Source of the DNA: Phormidium sp.
Lineage (GTDB): Bacteria; Cyanobacteriota; Cyanobacteriia; Cyanobacteriales; Aerosakkonemataceae
Reading direction: 5' to 3'
NCBI GenBank assembly: GCA_051013385.1
Contig: CP143273.1
Span: 1,792,001-1,856,000, forward strand
Length of the DNA stretch: 64,000 nt
Part shown: piece by piece, positions 49,233-58,399 of the stretch
Numbering within the stretch: the stretch's first letter is position 1
Layout: every line of letters begins with the position of its first letter
Notes under the pieces: model-generated
What the model saw: only the letters and a program-made list of their open reading frames with translations
Database searches by the model: none
Told to the model about the DNA's origin: nothing
Translations under genes and position numbers: made by a program

Positions 49233-49721
49233 ATGAACACAAAATTAATTGCACTTTTGGGAACAACCGCCACATTATTTATGTCTACAGCTTGGGTAAA
49301 TATAGCCGAAGCACAACCCGCATCGACCACTTCCAATCCACAGCTAATTTTGGCTCAAGGAAAAAGGAATCGACTCAATTTAACTGACGCGCAAAAAACT
49401 CAAATGCGCCAAATTCGGGAAACAACCCGTGCTCAAATTGAAAACGTTCTCACCCAAGAACAGAAAGACAAATTGCGTGCAGCTAGAGAACAAAGAAGAC
49501 AAGAAAGAGAACAACAACAAGCTCAACAAGGCGGTCAACGTCGCGGTCAACGTGGTCAAGTTTGGGCTTCTTTGAATCTCACTGCGGATCAACAAGCACA
49601 AATTAAACGTATTCGCGATGAATCTCGCCAAAGAATGCAAGCTGTTTTAACTCCTGAACAACAGCAACAAATGCAACAAATGCGCCAAGAACGTCAAAAT
49701 CGCCGTCAACAAGCTCAGTAA
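49233..49721 (+). CDS. Spy/CpxP (LTXXQ) family periplasmic chaperone-like protein
   Basis: Signal peptide; LNLTDAQK, VLTQEQ, LNLTADQ and VLTPEQ motifs. Confidence 0.88.
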   Translation: MNTKLIALLGTTATLFMSTAWVNIAEAQPASTTSNPQLILAQGKRNRLNLTDAQKTQMRQIRETTRAQIENVLTQEQKDKLRAAREQRRQEREQQQAQQGGQRRGQRGQVWASLNLTADQQAQIKRIRDESRQRMQAVLTPEQQQQMQQMRQERQNRRQQAQ

Positions 49722-49925
49722 GGTATCGCTGGGGGTTCCAGGGAAAACTCAAAACTCTGTAAGGGCTGGGGCGGGTTTTGTTGTTAATTCCTCAACCCTC
49801 AGCAAATTCGGTTTCTTAGAAGAGGGTTAGAATAACAAATAATTTCGCTTATTAATAAAAGGGATTGTTTATAAATGTCATCATTTTTATCAAGAGCGAT
49901 AGATTATGGAAATTATTACACATCA

Positions 49926-51026
49926 TCATCTCGCAACACATCTTTGATTACCGTTCTCAGACAAAGTTGGCTCAATGATTATTGCCTCAAGATTGTCGGC
50001 TTTAGTAATAATTTTATCTTTAAGTACGGTATTTGCTCCGTCTATGGGTTGATAGCTCATATTTATTTTTAATTGATTGTTTTGGTCAACCTCTAGAGTT
50101 GGTTTAGGCTCTTCTTTTGTTGTAAACTTTATAGCTGGTGTAGGGTTTTTATTTGTATTATCCTTATTTTTATCTTTGATTCTTTGCATTAGGTTTTTAT
50201 TTTTCTCTGGTAAGTCTTTTAGATATTGATAAGCTTCATCCAGCGATAGGGAACCATTTAAAAATATCCAGGCGTTGGGATTATTTTGTTTCACTTCATT
50301 AAAAAATTTATTCCCGTCTTCCTTCCCATTGGTAAGTTCAATTTTGATCCTTCGAGTAACGTACACACAATTTTCAATACTTTTCAATTGCTGTGCTGAC
50401 AAAATTCCCGAAATAACTTGATTCAAAATTACGATTAATAATAATAATACGCCAATTGCAATCAATACAAATTTAGCATCAATGTTAGGTCGCGCTGGTA
50501 ATGGAGGATGCTGTCTCAGATCAAGTGTCTTTAGAACTCTAAAGTTTTTAGAATCAGATGAAACTGCTTTCAACTCAATTTGATTGGAAACACTTAGTTC
50601 ATCTTCATTCCAAAAATTACGATACTTTTCTTGCAAACTTATGTGAGCTTGCTCAAGAGATGTTTCGTCAATTTTATAGCTTTTGCCATTTTTATTATAG
50701 ATTTGATTAATACTTCCCTGAAAAACAAGCCCTTCTAGCCAATAAATTTCTCTACCAAATGGATCTTTTAATACTTCATCTCGATTTTTTCCTATGTCAT
50801 TGCTTCTAGCTTTAACTGAACGAAAAACAACAGTAAATTTACCAACTTCAGAAGTCTGTATTTCGCGAATGCTTATGTCTTCACTTTCACTTAAATATTC
50901 TTCAGATACTTTACCAAGCAAACTGCGAATTTTGGCTTGAGCGATGAAATCAGGTGCGACTACGGTTTTGTAATCAATTGACTGATTTCGGCTAATGAGA
51001 AAAGGCCAAGCTTGTATTGTCATCAT
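49926..51026 (-). CDS. Single-TM protein with a GAP1-N-like N-terminal domain (GTPase-associated)
   Basis: N-terminal AWPFLISRN..IDY..VVAPDF ... D.FGR.I...EGLV globular domain, one TM at about aa 185-205, then a C-terminal domain. Lies 9 bp downstream of the second GTPase. Confidence 0.6.
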   Translation of the reverse strand: MMTIQAWPFLISRNQSIDYKTVVAPDFIAQAKIRSLLGKVSEEYLSESEDISIREIQTSEVGKFTVVFRSVKARSNDIGKNRDEVLKDPFGREIYWLEGLVFQGSINQIYNKNGKSYKIDETSLEQAHISLQEKYRNFWNEDELSVSNQIELKAVSSDSKNFRVLKTLDLRQHPPLPARPNIDAKFVLIAIGVLLLLIVILNQVISGILSAQQLKSIENCVYVTRRIKIELTNGKEDGNKFFNEVKQNNPNAWIFLNGSLSLDEAYQYLKDLPEKNKNLMQRIKDKNKDNTNKNPTPAIKFTTKEEPKPTLEVDQNNQLKINMSYQPIDGANTVLKDKIITKADNLEAIIIEPTLSENGNQRCVAR

Positions 51027-51035
51027 AGCTGTTAC

Positions 51036-52157
51036 CTACGAATTAGAGTCAGAATATACTGCCAGATCTGAATCAGGAAATTCCTGAGCAAATTTTTTCT
51101 TAATTTCTTCACACTTAATCAAAATTTGTTCAAATGCCTCTTCGCTCGATAAAGTTTTATTTGCTCTCTGCTTAGTGTTTCTATTATTCCTTTTTAATAT
51201 GAGACGAAACGCAAAATAAATAATAGCAATAATCAGCCCTGGTACTATTGTATATACCGAGAGTAGATTCATAGTACTGTATAAAGTCATAGTAATGAAA
51301 AATAAAAATCCAATCATAGCCCAATCCCATACTGTGACTTTGAAAGATTTTTGTTTTGCTCTACCACTTTGATTGCGTGGTTTACCTGTCAAAGCAAAAG
51401 CTAGACAAGCTTCTACATTAATCGGATCTGGTTTGACTGAACGCTTCTTCATCTTTCCATCCTGGAAAATAGCAAAATCACTCCCTAAAGAACTGACAGG
51501 AATCAAACGGATCTGACAATTTGCTCTTGTTCTGCGACCAACCACATCGTTAAAAAGCTCAACATCTTTCAGCAAGCGTTCTTTTATTTCTAGTAGAGAG
51601 TAGCGGCCTTGAAGTAAGTCCCATTTGCTAATCATAAAATTAACAGAAATATCCTTGTTGTCACATATATTGTTGATTGTTAGCATGAGGTTAGATAAGT
51701 GCTCACCCTTCCATCTGATCACATTCTTATTACTTAAATCTTTATCCTTCATAAACTCAAGCAGCTTCTGACCATCTAAGATAGCTAAAACTGAATCGGC
51801 TTCCTTAGCGTAGTCTGTGATATCATTCATAATACTGGATTTTTCTTGATCTTTTGAGATGTCTGTGTCTGTGAGGTGTCCACCTGCATAATCAATATAG
51901 GTGATTGTACAAGCTTTTAAGTCTTGAAAATAGCAAGTAAACTGCCATTCTGAAATACCTTGTGTTCCTGGAGGCCAGTCTTCTCCTATTGTTAAATCAG
52001 TATGTATCTTATTTAAGATTTTTTGCTTTTCAGGATCTTTAACTCTTAAAAAAAAGCCGAATTTTCCTTGTGTTGAAAATACATGAAAAAGACTGGCTAA
52101 AAATATACTTTTACCACACCCAGAAGGCCCCAACACAATAACACTGTAGTTATTCAT
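51036..52157 (-). CDS. TRAFAC-clade GTPase with C-terminal TM hairpin (double-GTPase-like)
   Basis: G1 GPSGCGKS, G2 WPPGT, G3 DYAGG, G4 SKWD, G5-like PVSS; two TMs near aa 275-320. Confidence 0.85.
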   Translation of the reverse strand: MNNYSVIVLGPSGCGKSIFLASLFHVFSTQGKFGFFLRVKDPEKQKILNKIHTDLTIGEDWPPGTQGISEWQFTCYFQDLKACTITYIDYAGGHLTDTDISKDQEKSSIMNDITDYAKEADSVLAILDGQKLLEFMKDKDLSNKNVIRWKGEHLSNLMLTINNICDNKDISVNFMISKWDLLQGRYSLLEIKERLLKDVELFNDVVGRRTRANCQIRLIPVSSLGSDFAIFQDGKMKKRSVKPDPINVEACLAFALTGKPRNQSGRAKQKSFKVTVWDWAMIGFLFFITMTLYSTMNLLSVYTIVPGLIIAIIYFAFRLILKRNNRNTKQRANKTLSSEEAFEQILIKCEEIKKKFAQEFPDSDLAVYSDSNS

Positions 52158-52191
52158 TGCACACTCACTTCATTCACTAATTTATATAGAA

Positions 52192-53364
52192 TTAAACCAG
52201 TTTTGACTCTGGGAATGTCTCAAGTAATTTTTTGTTAAAAAGATAAAAATTTTTACTTGCGTGCAAAAGAGCAGATTTTTCATCCTTAACTTGTTTGAGA
52301 GTCTCTTCTATCTTCTTTTTATCTGCTTTTCTCATGTATTGTATGATTATTTTGACAACAGCAGAAGTTATTTGAGAGCCAACTTTAATAAATTTGAAGT
52401 AATCATCTAAATCATTATCATTATCATTATCATTATCATTATCATCTAATAACTTGTTAAATATTAGTTCTATTCCGCTTAAACCTAAAAAATAATTCAG
52501 AGGGCCAGTCAATACATCAACCAAAATATTGCTACTCTCTGAGTTCTGGTTTTTATTTTCAAGTTCTCTTTCCTCTGCTTCCTTTTGATTATATAATTGA
52601 TGTAATTTATCTGGCAAAATACAAGATATAGGGAATTCAACAAAAAAGGGTTTTGAACTTTTGCCAAGATTCTTTTTCATACTCCCATCTGATTGCATAG
52701 TGGCAAACTCCAAACCGACAGAACTAACTGGAATAATTCGGACAATAGAACTTGCTTGACGACGATTTACGAGTAATTCTGCAAAACTTGGAATACTTTT
52801 CAGTTTTTCACATATTTCAGATAGGCGAAACTTCTGATCGAGGATATCCCATTTAGTAATAACGAAATGAATTGGAACTGTCAGATTCTGCATCCGTTTA
52901 AGAATGCTTGGTAAATCTTCCTTTAAGAAGTTATCTGCTTGTAGCCGATCGCTACCATTGAGCCAAGCATAAATTTTTTGACCGTCCAACAATCCTAAGA
53001 CCGAATCAGCTTGCTGCACTAGTTTTTCAAATTCTGGATCTGGTTCTATCTCAGTATCAGTTAAACGGCCTCCTGCGTAGTCAAAGTAAGTGAATTGGCA
53101 AGCATCGTATGTTTTACCAAGATCTTGTGTCTCAACTTGACAAGTAAAAGTCCATTCGGAAACATCTGTTGTTCCAGGAGGCCACTTATCTCCAGTGAAT
53201 ATCTGCGTGTGAGTTGAGAGAAGCAATTTCTGCTTGTGTTGATCTTTAACAACAAGCTTAAAAGTAGAATTTTTTTGAGTTGATAGTTCATTAAACATAC
53301 TAGCAAGGAATACAGTTTTTCCTGCACCCGATGCTCCTAATGCCATTATTTTGAAGTTTTTCAT
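52192..53364 (-). CDS. TRAFAC-clade GTPase (double-GTPase-like), paralog of the adjacent gene
   Basis: G1 GASGAGKT, G2 WPPGT, G3 DYAGG, G4 TKWD, PVSS; C-terminal coiled/amphipathic helices. Confidence 0.85.
   Translation of the reverse strand: MKNFKIMALGASGAGKTVFLASMFNELSTQKNSTFKLVVKDQHKQKLLLSTHTQIFTGDKWPPGTTDVSEWTFTCQVETQDLGKTYDACQFTYFDYAGGRLTDTEIEPDPEFEKLVQQADSVLGLLDGQKIYAWLNGSDRLQADNFLKEDLPSILKRMQNLTVPIHFVITKWDILDQKFRLSEICEKLKSIPSFAELLVNRRQASSIVRIIPVSSVGLEFATMQSDGSMKKNLGKSSKPFFVEFPISCILPDKLHQLYNQKEAEERELENKNQNSESSNILVDVLTGPLNYFLGLSGIELIFNKLLDDNDNDNDNDNDLDDYFKFIKVGSQITSAVVKIIIQYMRKADKKKIEETLKQVKDEKSALLHASKNFYLFNKKLLETFPESKLV
52410..52447. repeat. In-frame hexamer tandem repeat (ATCATT)n encoding DNDNDNDND
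   Basis: atcattatcattatcattatcattatcattatcatc within the first GTPase gene. Confidence 0.85.
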
Positions 53365-53716
53365 GACTGAATTTTCCGAGATATATATATCTCTCTGGTT
53401 AAATTAATTGTTGGAACCAACCTAACACAGCTAATAAAATCGTCAATGATTTTATCCAAGTCTTAACAATCTGTTACATCCACAGGTAAGCATATTCTGA
53501 AAGCTTTACGATACAAGCACTCGGTTATACCATTTCACAAAAGCCTGATACAGGCTATCTCATACTTGTGGTGATAACGCAGGCTGATAATCTAGCTGCA
53601 TCAAACTTTTCAGCGTTCATGGTCTATAAAGTGTATTATTTGCTACTTTTAACAGGAAACATCCGGGAGAGCCTAGATCTAACTAAAATATATTTGCATT
53701 GCTACAAAAGTAAAAT

Positions 53717-54163
53717 ATGCCAACTCTACAAGATTGGGAATGGTTAGCGGCGAGTTCGGAATATCAAACTGCTGTCTTGGTTCAGCAACTTTTAGCAGAG
53801 GGAAACTTGATGGAAGCAAATCAGGGACTCTACACATTAATCGAATCAATGGGAAAATCTAAAAAGTTGGCAACGATCGGTCAGTTAACTAGATTGATGA
53901 CTCATGTCATTAAATGGAAATGTCAACCAGAAATGCGGAGTTCTAGTTGGAGTATTACCATTCGTTCGGCGCGTTTGGAAATTGCCGATATTCAAGAAGA
54001 AGTTCCGAGTTTGAATCGTAATTATATAGAGTCTATTTGGCAGAAATGCTTAAAAAGGGCAATCAAAGATGCCGAAGATGAAATGGGTAAACGCTGCGAA
54101 TTAACTTCTCTTTCTTGGGAAGAGGTGTTTGAGGAAGAATACACATTTTTTAAAGCAAATTGA
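53717..54163 (+). CDS. DUF29-like protein
   Basis: LIESMGKS....L..LM.HVIKWK.QPE.RS.SW..TI..AR.EI......PSL. Confidence 0.85.
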   Translation: MPTLQDWEWLAASSEYQTAVLVQQLLAEGNLMEANQGLYTLIESMGKSKKLATIGQLTRLMTHVIKWKCQPEMRSSSWSITIRSARLEIADIQEEVPSLNRNYIESIWQKCLKRAIKDAEDEMGKRCELTSLSWEEVFEEEYTFFKAN

Positions 54164-54319
54164 GTCATTTGTGAGATGGAAAATTGCCTCGAAAAATTTT
54201 ATCTTTTTGCCTCTTGCTATTAGTTGATTTTTTTGCTAAAATAGAACCTAAAATGGGAAAGGTGCGCCCATATAACCCCCTTAGAAAAGTGAAATGCCCT
54301 CTACACAAGCATTTCAGAG

Positions 54320-55048
54320 TTAGCGAAGGAAAGTTCCCAAGGTTTCCCGCTGCATTTCCAAGAGGTCACGAATGCCTTTTTCGGCGAAATCGAGTAATTG
54401 ATTTAGTTGAGTACGGCTGAAAAACCCATGTTCAGCGGTTCCTTGAAGTTCAATCATCGAAAGGTTTTCATTCATTACCACGTTAAAATCAACCTCAGCG
54501 GCGACATCTTCGGGGTAGTTGAGGTCGAGGAAAGGTTCACCTTGGAGGAGTCCGACGGAGATAGCGGCGACTTGGTGAACAATTGGCGATCGCTCCAGCT
54601 TACCTTCACTTAGTAATTTTGCGATCGCATCCGCCAAAGCCACAAAACCCCCAGTAATCGCCGTCGTTCGCGTACCAGCATCCGCCTGCAAAACATCAGC
54701 ATCAACCACAATTGTTCGCTCACCCAAAGCATTCAAATCCAAAGCCGCCCTTAAAGAACGACCAATTAACCTTTGAATTTCTTGCGTTCGACCCGAAAGT
54801 TTCAAAAATTCCCGTTCTTGACGTTGGGGAGTTGCACCCGGAAGCATTCGATATTCCGCAGTTAACCAACCCTGACCCTTACCTTCCAAAAACTTAGGTA
54901 CACTTTCTTGCACGCTTACAGTACAAAGAACCTGCGTATCCCCGCAGTGAGTCAACACCGAACCGGAAGCGAAACGAGTAAAATTATGTTCAAACCGAAT
55001 CGGGCGTAATTGATAAGGTTCTCTACCATCAGGACGTTGCCAAGACAT
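54320..55048 (-). CDS. rph: Ribonuclease PH
   Basis: [43 protein letters not shown]. Confidence 0.97.
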   Translation of the reverse strand: MSWQRPDGREPYQLRPIRFEHNFTRFASGSVLTHCGDTQVLCTVSVQESVPKFLEGKGQGWLTAEYRMLPGATPQRQEREFLKLSGRTQEIQRLIGRSLRAALDLNALGERTIVVDADVLQADAGTRTTAITGGFVALADAIAKLLSEGKLERSPIVHQVAAISVGLLQGEPFLDLNYPEDVAAEVDFNVVMNENLSMIELQGTAEHGFFSRTQLNQLLDFAEKGIRDLLEMQRETLGTFLR

Positions 55049-55070
55049 CGCACTTGCCTCAAAATTCTAA

Positions 55071-55634
55071 CTAGGATACAGCAGTTTGACTAATTCTTTT
55101 TAATATACTTTGCTGCACTTGTTCGGGAGTTTGGACACCATCGATCAATAACAGCCTTTCGCGATAACCGTAATAATCCAAAATCGGAATCGTTCGTTCT
55201 TGGAATAATTGAATTCGCCTCTGGATAATTTCTGGTTGGTCGTCACTAAGTCCCCGCTTTAAACAACGAACTTCTAAAACAGACTGGGGTGCATCTAACC
55301 AAATTGCCCAATTCAGCTGTTGTCCCAAATCAGTTAACAGAAAATCTAACTCTTCTGCTTGAAAAGCCGTGCGCGGATAACCATCAAGTACCCATCCCTT
55401 AGCAACATCAGATAATAACAGTCTTTGGCGCATAAATTCAATCATAATCTGATCGGGTACGAGTTCGCCCTTTTCCACAAAAGCTTGCGCTTGCTTACCT
55501 AACTTCGTTCCATTAATTATCGCATCTCGCAAAATATCCCCAGTAGAAATCCAAGGAATAGATAAATGAGAAGATAGTCTTTGCGCTTGGGTTCTTTTCC
55601 CCGCACCTGCACCCCCTAAAATTATTAATCTCAC
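55071..55634 (-). CDS. adk: Adenylate kinase family protein (short-LID paralog)
   Basis: GGAGAGKRTQ P-loop, ISTGDILR, GELVPD, LDGYPRT. GTG at 55634 is preferred. Confidence 0.8.
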   Translation of the reverse strand: MRLIILGGAGAGKRTQAQRLSSHLSIPWISTGDILRDAIINGTKLGKQAQAFVEKGELVPDQIMIEFMRQRLLLSDVAKGWVLDGYPRTAFQAEELDFLLTDLGQQLNWAIWLDAPQSVLEVRCLKRGLSDDQPEIIQRRIQLFQERTIPILDYYGYRERLLLIDGVQTPEQVQQSILKRISQTAVS

Positions 55635-55741
55635 AACACAACTTCTCCCCAAAACTGGCATAAAAAAATCGACATCAGCTTAACATCTAATTTACTCTGG
55701 GATTTTACTACTAATGATAGATGTCTAGTTAAGCTGTAGCT

Positions 55742-55807
55742 GTAGGGTGCGTCAGAACCAAAAATTTTGCAAGTAATCAGTAAATTCAACCTTCTGACGC
55801 ACCCTAC
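55742..55807. repeat. GTAG-type REP pair (inverted repeat)
   Basis: gtagggtgcgtcagaa ... ttctgacgcaccctac (16-bp perfect arms). Confidence 0.85.
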
Positions 55808-55879
55808 GACTTGACTCATGATAGATGCTTAATTATTGCCAAAGGTTAAGAATTTCCCGGAAATTTTAGTATTGACTTA

Positions 55880-55937
55880 ATTATATATATAGTGTTTTAT
55901 TATGGATACTTAGCAAAAAATACACTATATTTTGTAA
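55880..55937 (+). promoter_or_regulatory. Tandem candidate NrdR boxes
   Basis: attatatatatagtgt (55880-55895) and acactatattttgtaa (55922-55937) versus consensus acaCwAtATaTwGtgt; 42 bp apart. Confidence 0.6.
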
Positions 55938-56005
55938 GGTAGACCAAAAGGCGGCGCTAAATAAATAGTGCGGTCTGCTGGTTGCTGAACATCAATTATT
56001 GACTT

Positions 56006-56566
56006 ATGGTAGCCCAGATAGAAACCCCAACTGTTAATTCTGTTCGTCAAAGTTACGACACTACACAGCGCGACATATTACCGGAAATTGAAGGATTGGT
56101 ACAAGTTTTTACCTCTTCCCATCGCAATTTCTTCACCAGTGTCATGGCGCAAGCATTAAGAATCGCCGGACAAGGAACACCTGTCTTGGTAGTACAATTC
56201 CTCAAGGGAGGAATCAATCAGGGGTATCAACATCCGGTTCGTTTAGGACAAAATTTAGATTGGGTGCGTTGCGATTTACCACGCTGCATTCATACGCCAC
56301 AATTAGATGAAGTAGAGATGAATTCTTTGCGGGATTTGTGGAAACACACTCAAAAAGTTGTGATCGAAGGGAAATATAATTTGGTAGTGTTGGATGAGTT
56401 AAGTTTAGCGGTGAATTTTGGTTTAATTCCCGAAAAGGAAGTATTGGAATTTATTGCTAAACGTCCCCATCATGTCGATATTATTATGACAGGCCCAGAA
56501 ATGCCAGCAGCAATTTTGGATGTGGCAGATCAAATTACCGAAATTCGCCGCAGTCATCGTCCTTAG
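56006..56566 (+). CDS. CobA/CobO/BtuR-like cob(I)alamin adenosyltransferase homolog with degenerate P-loop
   Basis: GLVQVFT, ALRIAGQG..VLVVQFLKGG, YNLVVLDE, ITG......AD..TE. The usual GxGKGKT motif is replaced by SSHRNFFT. Confidence 0.8.
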   Translation: MVAQIETPTVNSVRQSYDTTQRDILPEIEGLVQVFTSSHRNFFTSVMAQALRIAGQGTPVLVVQFLKGGINQGYQHPVRLGQNLDWVRCDLPRCIHTPQLDEVEMNSLRDLWKHTQKVVIEGKYNLVVLDELSLAVNFGLIPEKEVLEFIAKRPHHVDIIMTGPEMPAAILDVADQITEIRRSHRP

Positions 56567-56588
56567 TTAGCGCACGGGAGAATTTTTA

Positions 56589-56628
56589 AACGCAGATGAA
56601 TGCAGATAAACGCAGATGAACGCAGATG
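56589..56628 (+). repeat. Tandem 10-mer repeat (AACGCAGATG)x4
   Basis: aacgcagatg aatgcagata aacgcagatg aacgcagatg. Confidence 0.85.
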
Positions 56629-56671
56629 GGATTTGGATAATCATCTATGTTTACCTGTGTTTTTTCTTGTT

Positions 56672-58285
56672 TCATCTTTGGGAAACAGCTAAGGATTTGG
56701 TTTTTTCTACTAAGTTAATGAACTCGGCGCGATAACCAGCTAAGTCTACATCTTTCGACTGACGCGCTAATTCTAAAACTTGGTCGAAGTTTGCAACACC
56801 CTTGAATTCGGAATCTCTTAAAATCATCCCAAATTCTGCTACTGCTGACGCAAATTTTAAGTTATTTGAGGCGTTGGTAAATGAGACATTTTGCTCGATT
56901 AATGGTTGAGTAATTAATTGAGAAGTTGCGTCTTTGGGTGCTTTGTAACGCAGTTTCACCAACATTAACTCGTTATTTTTATAAGCTTGGGAATCAACTT
57001 GATTTTGTTGGTAGCGCAAAGAATCAACTGGGGGTAGTTTTACATCACTTTTCACGCCTACAGGAATTATTTCATAAAGTGCTGTTACCGAATGTCCTGC
57101 GCCTAATTCTCCGGCATCTTTTTTGTCGTTGTTAAAATCTTCTGCTTGTAACATCCGATTTTCGTAACCGATTAATCGATAAGCTTGCACTTTGGTTGGA
57201 TTAAATTCTACCTGAATTTTCACGTCTTTGGCAATAGTGAAAATTGTTCCACCCATTTGGGTAATTAATACTTTCTTTGCTTCTTGGAGATTGTCGATAT
57301 AAGCATAATTGCCGTTACCTTTATCCGCGAGTTGTTCCATTTTAGCATCTTTCAAGTTTCCCATCCCAAACCCAAGAACGGTAAGGAAAACTCCCTGATT
57401 TCGGTAATTTTCTATTAATTGAACTAATTCCCCATCGCTGGAAACACCGACATTAAAATCTCCATCGGTTGCAAGAATGATTCGGTTGTTTCCTGATGGG
57501 AGAAAGTTCTTTTTAGCTATTTCGTAAGCAAGTTTAATTCCTTCTCCGCCAGCAGTGGAACCTCCTGCTTGTAATTTATAAATTGCGGAGATAATCTTGT
57601 TTTTTTCGTTTCCGGGAGTTGGCGGCAAAACTAACCCGGCGTTTCCGGCATAAACTACGATTGAAACTGTATCTTTGGCGGTTAATTGATTGGTTAATAA
57701 ACGAAAACTTGTTTGTAAAAGTGGGAGTTTATTCGGAGCTTCCATTGATCCAGAAACATCGATTAAGAATACCAGATTGCTGGGGGGTATGTTTTCTGAG
57801 GCGATGGGTTTTCCTTGTAATCCAATTTGGACTAGTTTATGTTTGGGATTCCAAGGTGTTTGGGAAATTTCGGTGGAAATGGTGAAAGGTCGATCGCCAT
57901 TTGGTTGCGGATAATCATAACTAAAATAATTGATCATCTCTTCAATTCGTACCGCATCTTTAGGTGGCATTTGTCCTTCATTAATAAATCTTCTCACATT
58001 ACTATAAGATGCTGTGTCAACATCAATAGAAAATGTCGATAATGGCTGATTTTTGACAGTGACAAATTGATTATCTTCAATCCGGTTATATTGTTCTGTG
58101 TTAGGTGTAGGTTGAACTGCATTATCAGCACTACGAGTTATTGCTGTAGGTGCAGCTGGTGCTGCGGCTGGTGCTTGTTTAGCTTTATTTGCTTCTCCGC
58201 AAGCAGTTAAAATTAACAAAGGGAAGCAACAGAATAATAATTTTACTTGCCAATGTTGGCGATGGTTAGTTACTTTTTTGTTCAT
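56672..58285 (-). CDS. YfbK-like vWA domain lipoprotein (vWF_A + VWA + DUF3520)
   Basis: Lipobox LTAC, PLSTFSIDVDTASYSNVRR, DVSGSM MIDAS, ATDGDFNVG, YRLIGYENR. Confidence 0.92.
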   Translation of the reverse strand: MNKKVTNHRQHWQVKLLFCCFPLLILTACGEANKAKQAPAAAPAAPTAITRSADNAVQPTPNTEQYNRIEDNQFVTVKNQPLSTFSIDVDTASYSNVRRFINEGQMPPKDAVRIEEMINYFSYDYPQPNGDRPFTISTEISQTPWNPKHKLVQIGLQGKPIASENIPPSNLVFLIDVSGSMEAPNKLPLLQTSFRLLTNQLTAKDTVSIVVYAGNAGLVLPPTPGNEKNKIISAIYKLQAGGSTAGGEGIKLAYEIAKKNFLPSGNNRIILATDGDFNVGVSSDGELVQLIENYRNQGVFLTVLGFGMGNLKDAKMEQLADKGNGNYAYIDNLQEAKKVLITQMGGTIFTIAKDVKIQVEFNPTKVQAYRLIGYENRMLQAEDFNNDKKDAGELGAGHSVTALYEIIPVGVKSDVKLPPVDSLRYQQNQVDSQAYKNNELMLVKLRYKAPKDATSQLITQPLIEQNVSFTNASNNLKFASAVAEFGMILRDSEFKGVANFDQVLELARQSKDVDLAGYRAEFINLVEKTKSLAVSQR

Positions 58286-58399
58286 AATTGCAGATTCTTT
58301 CCCTATTCTCTAAGTGTCTCTTAGGAATTAATCTATAAGACAACTACAATGCTAACCTCGCCAAATCTGCAATTACTAGTTTTTAACCTTTCGTTACTG

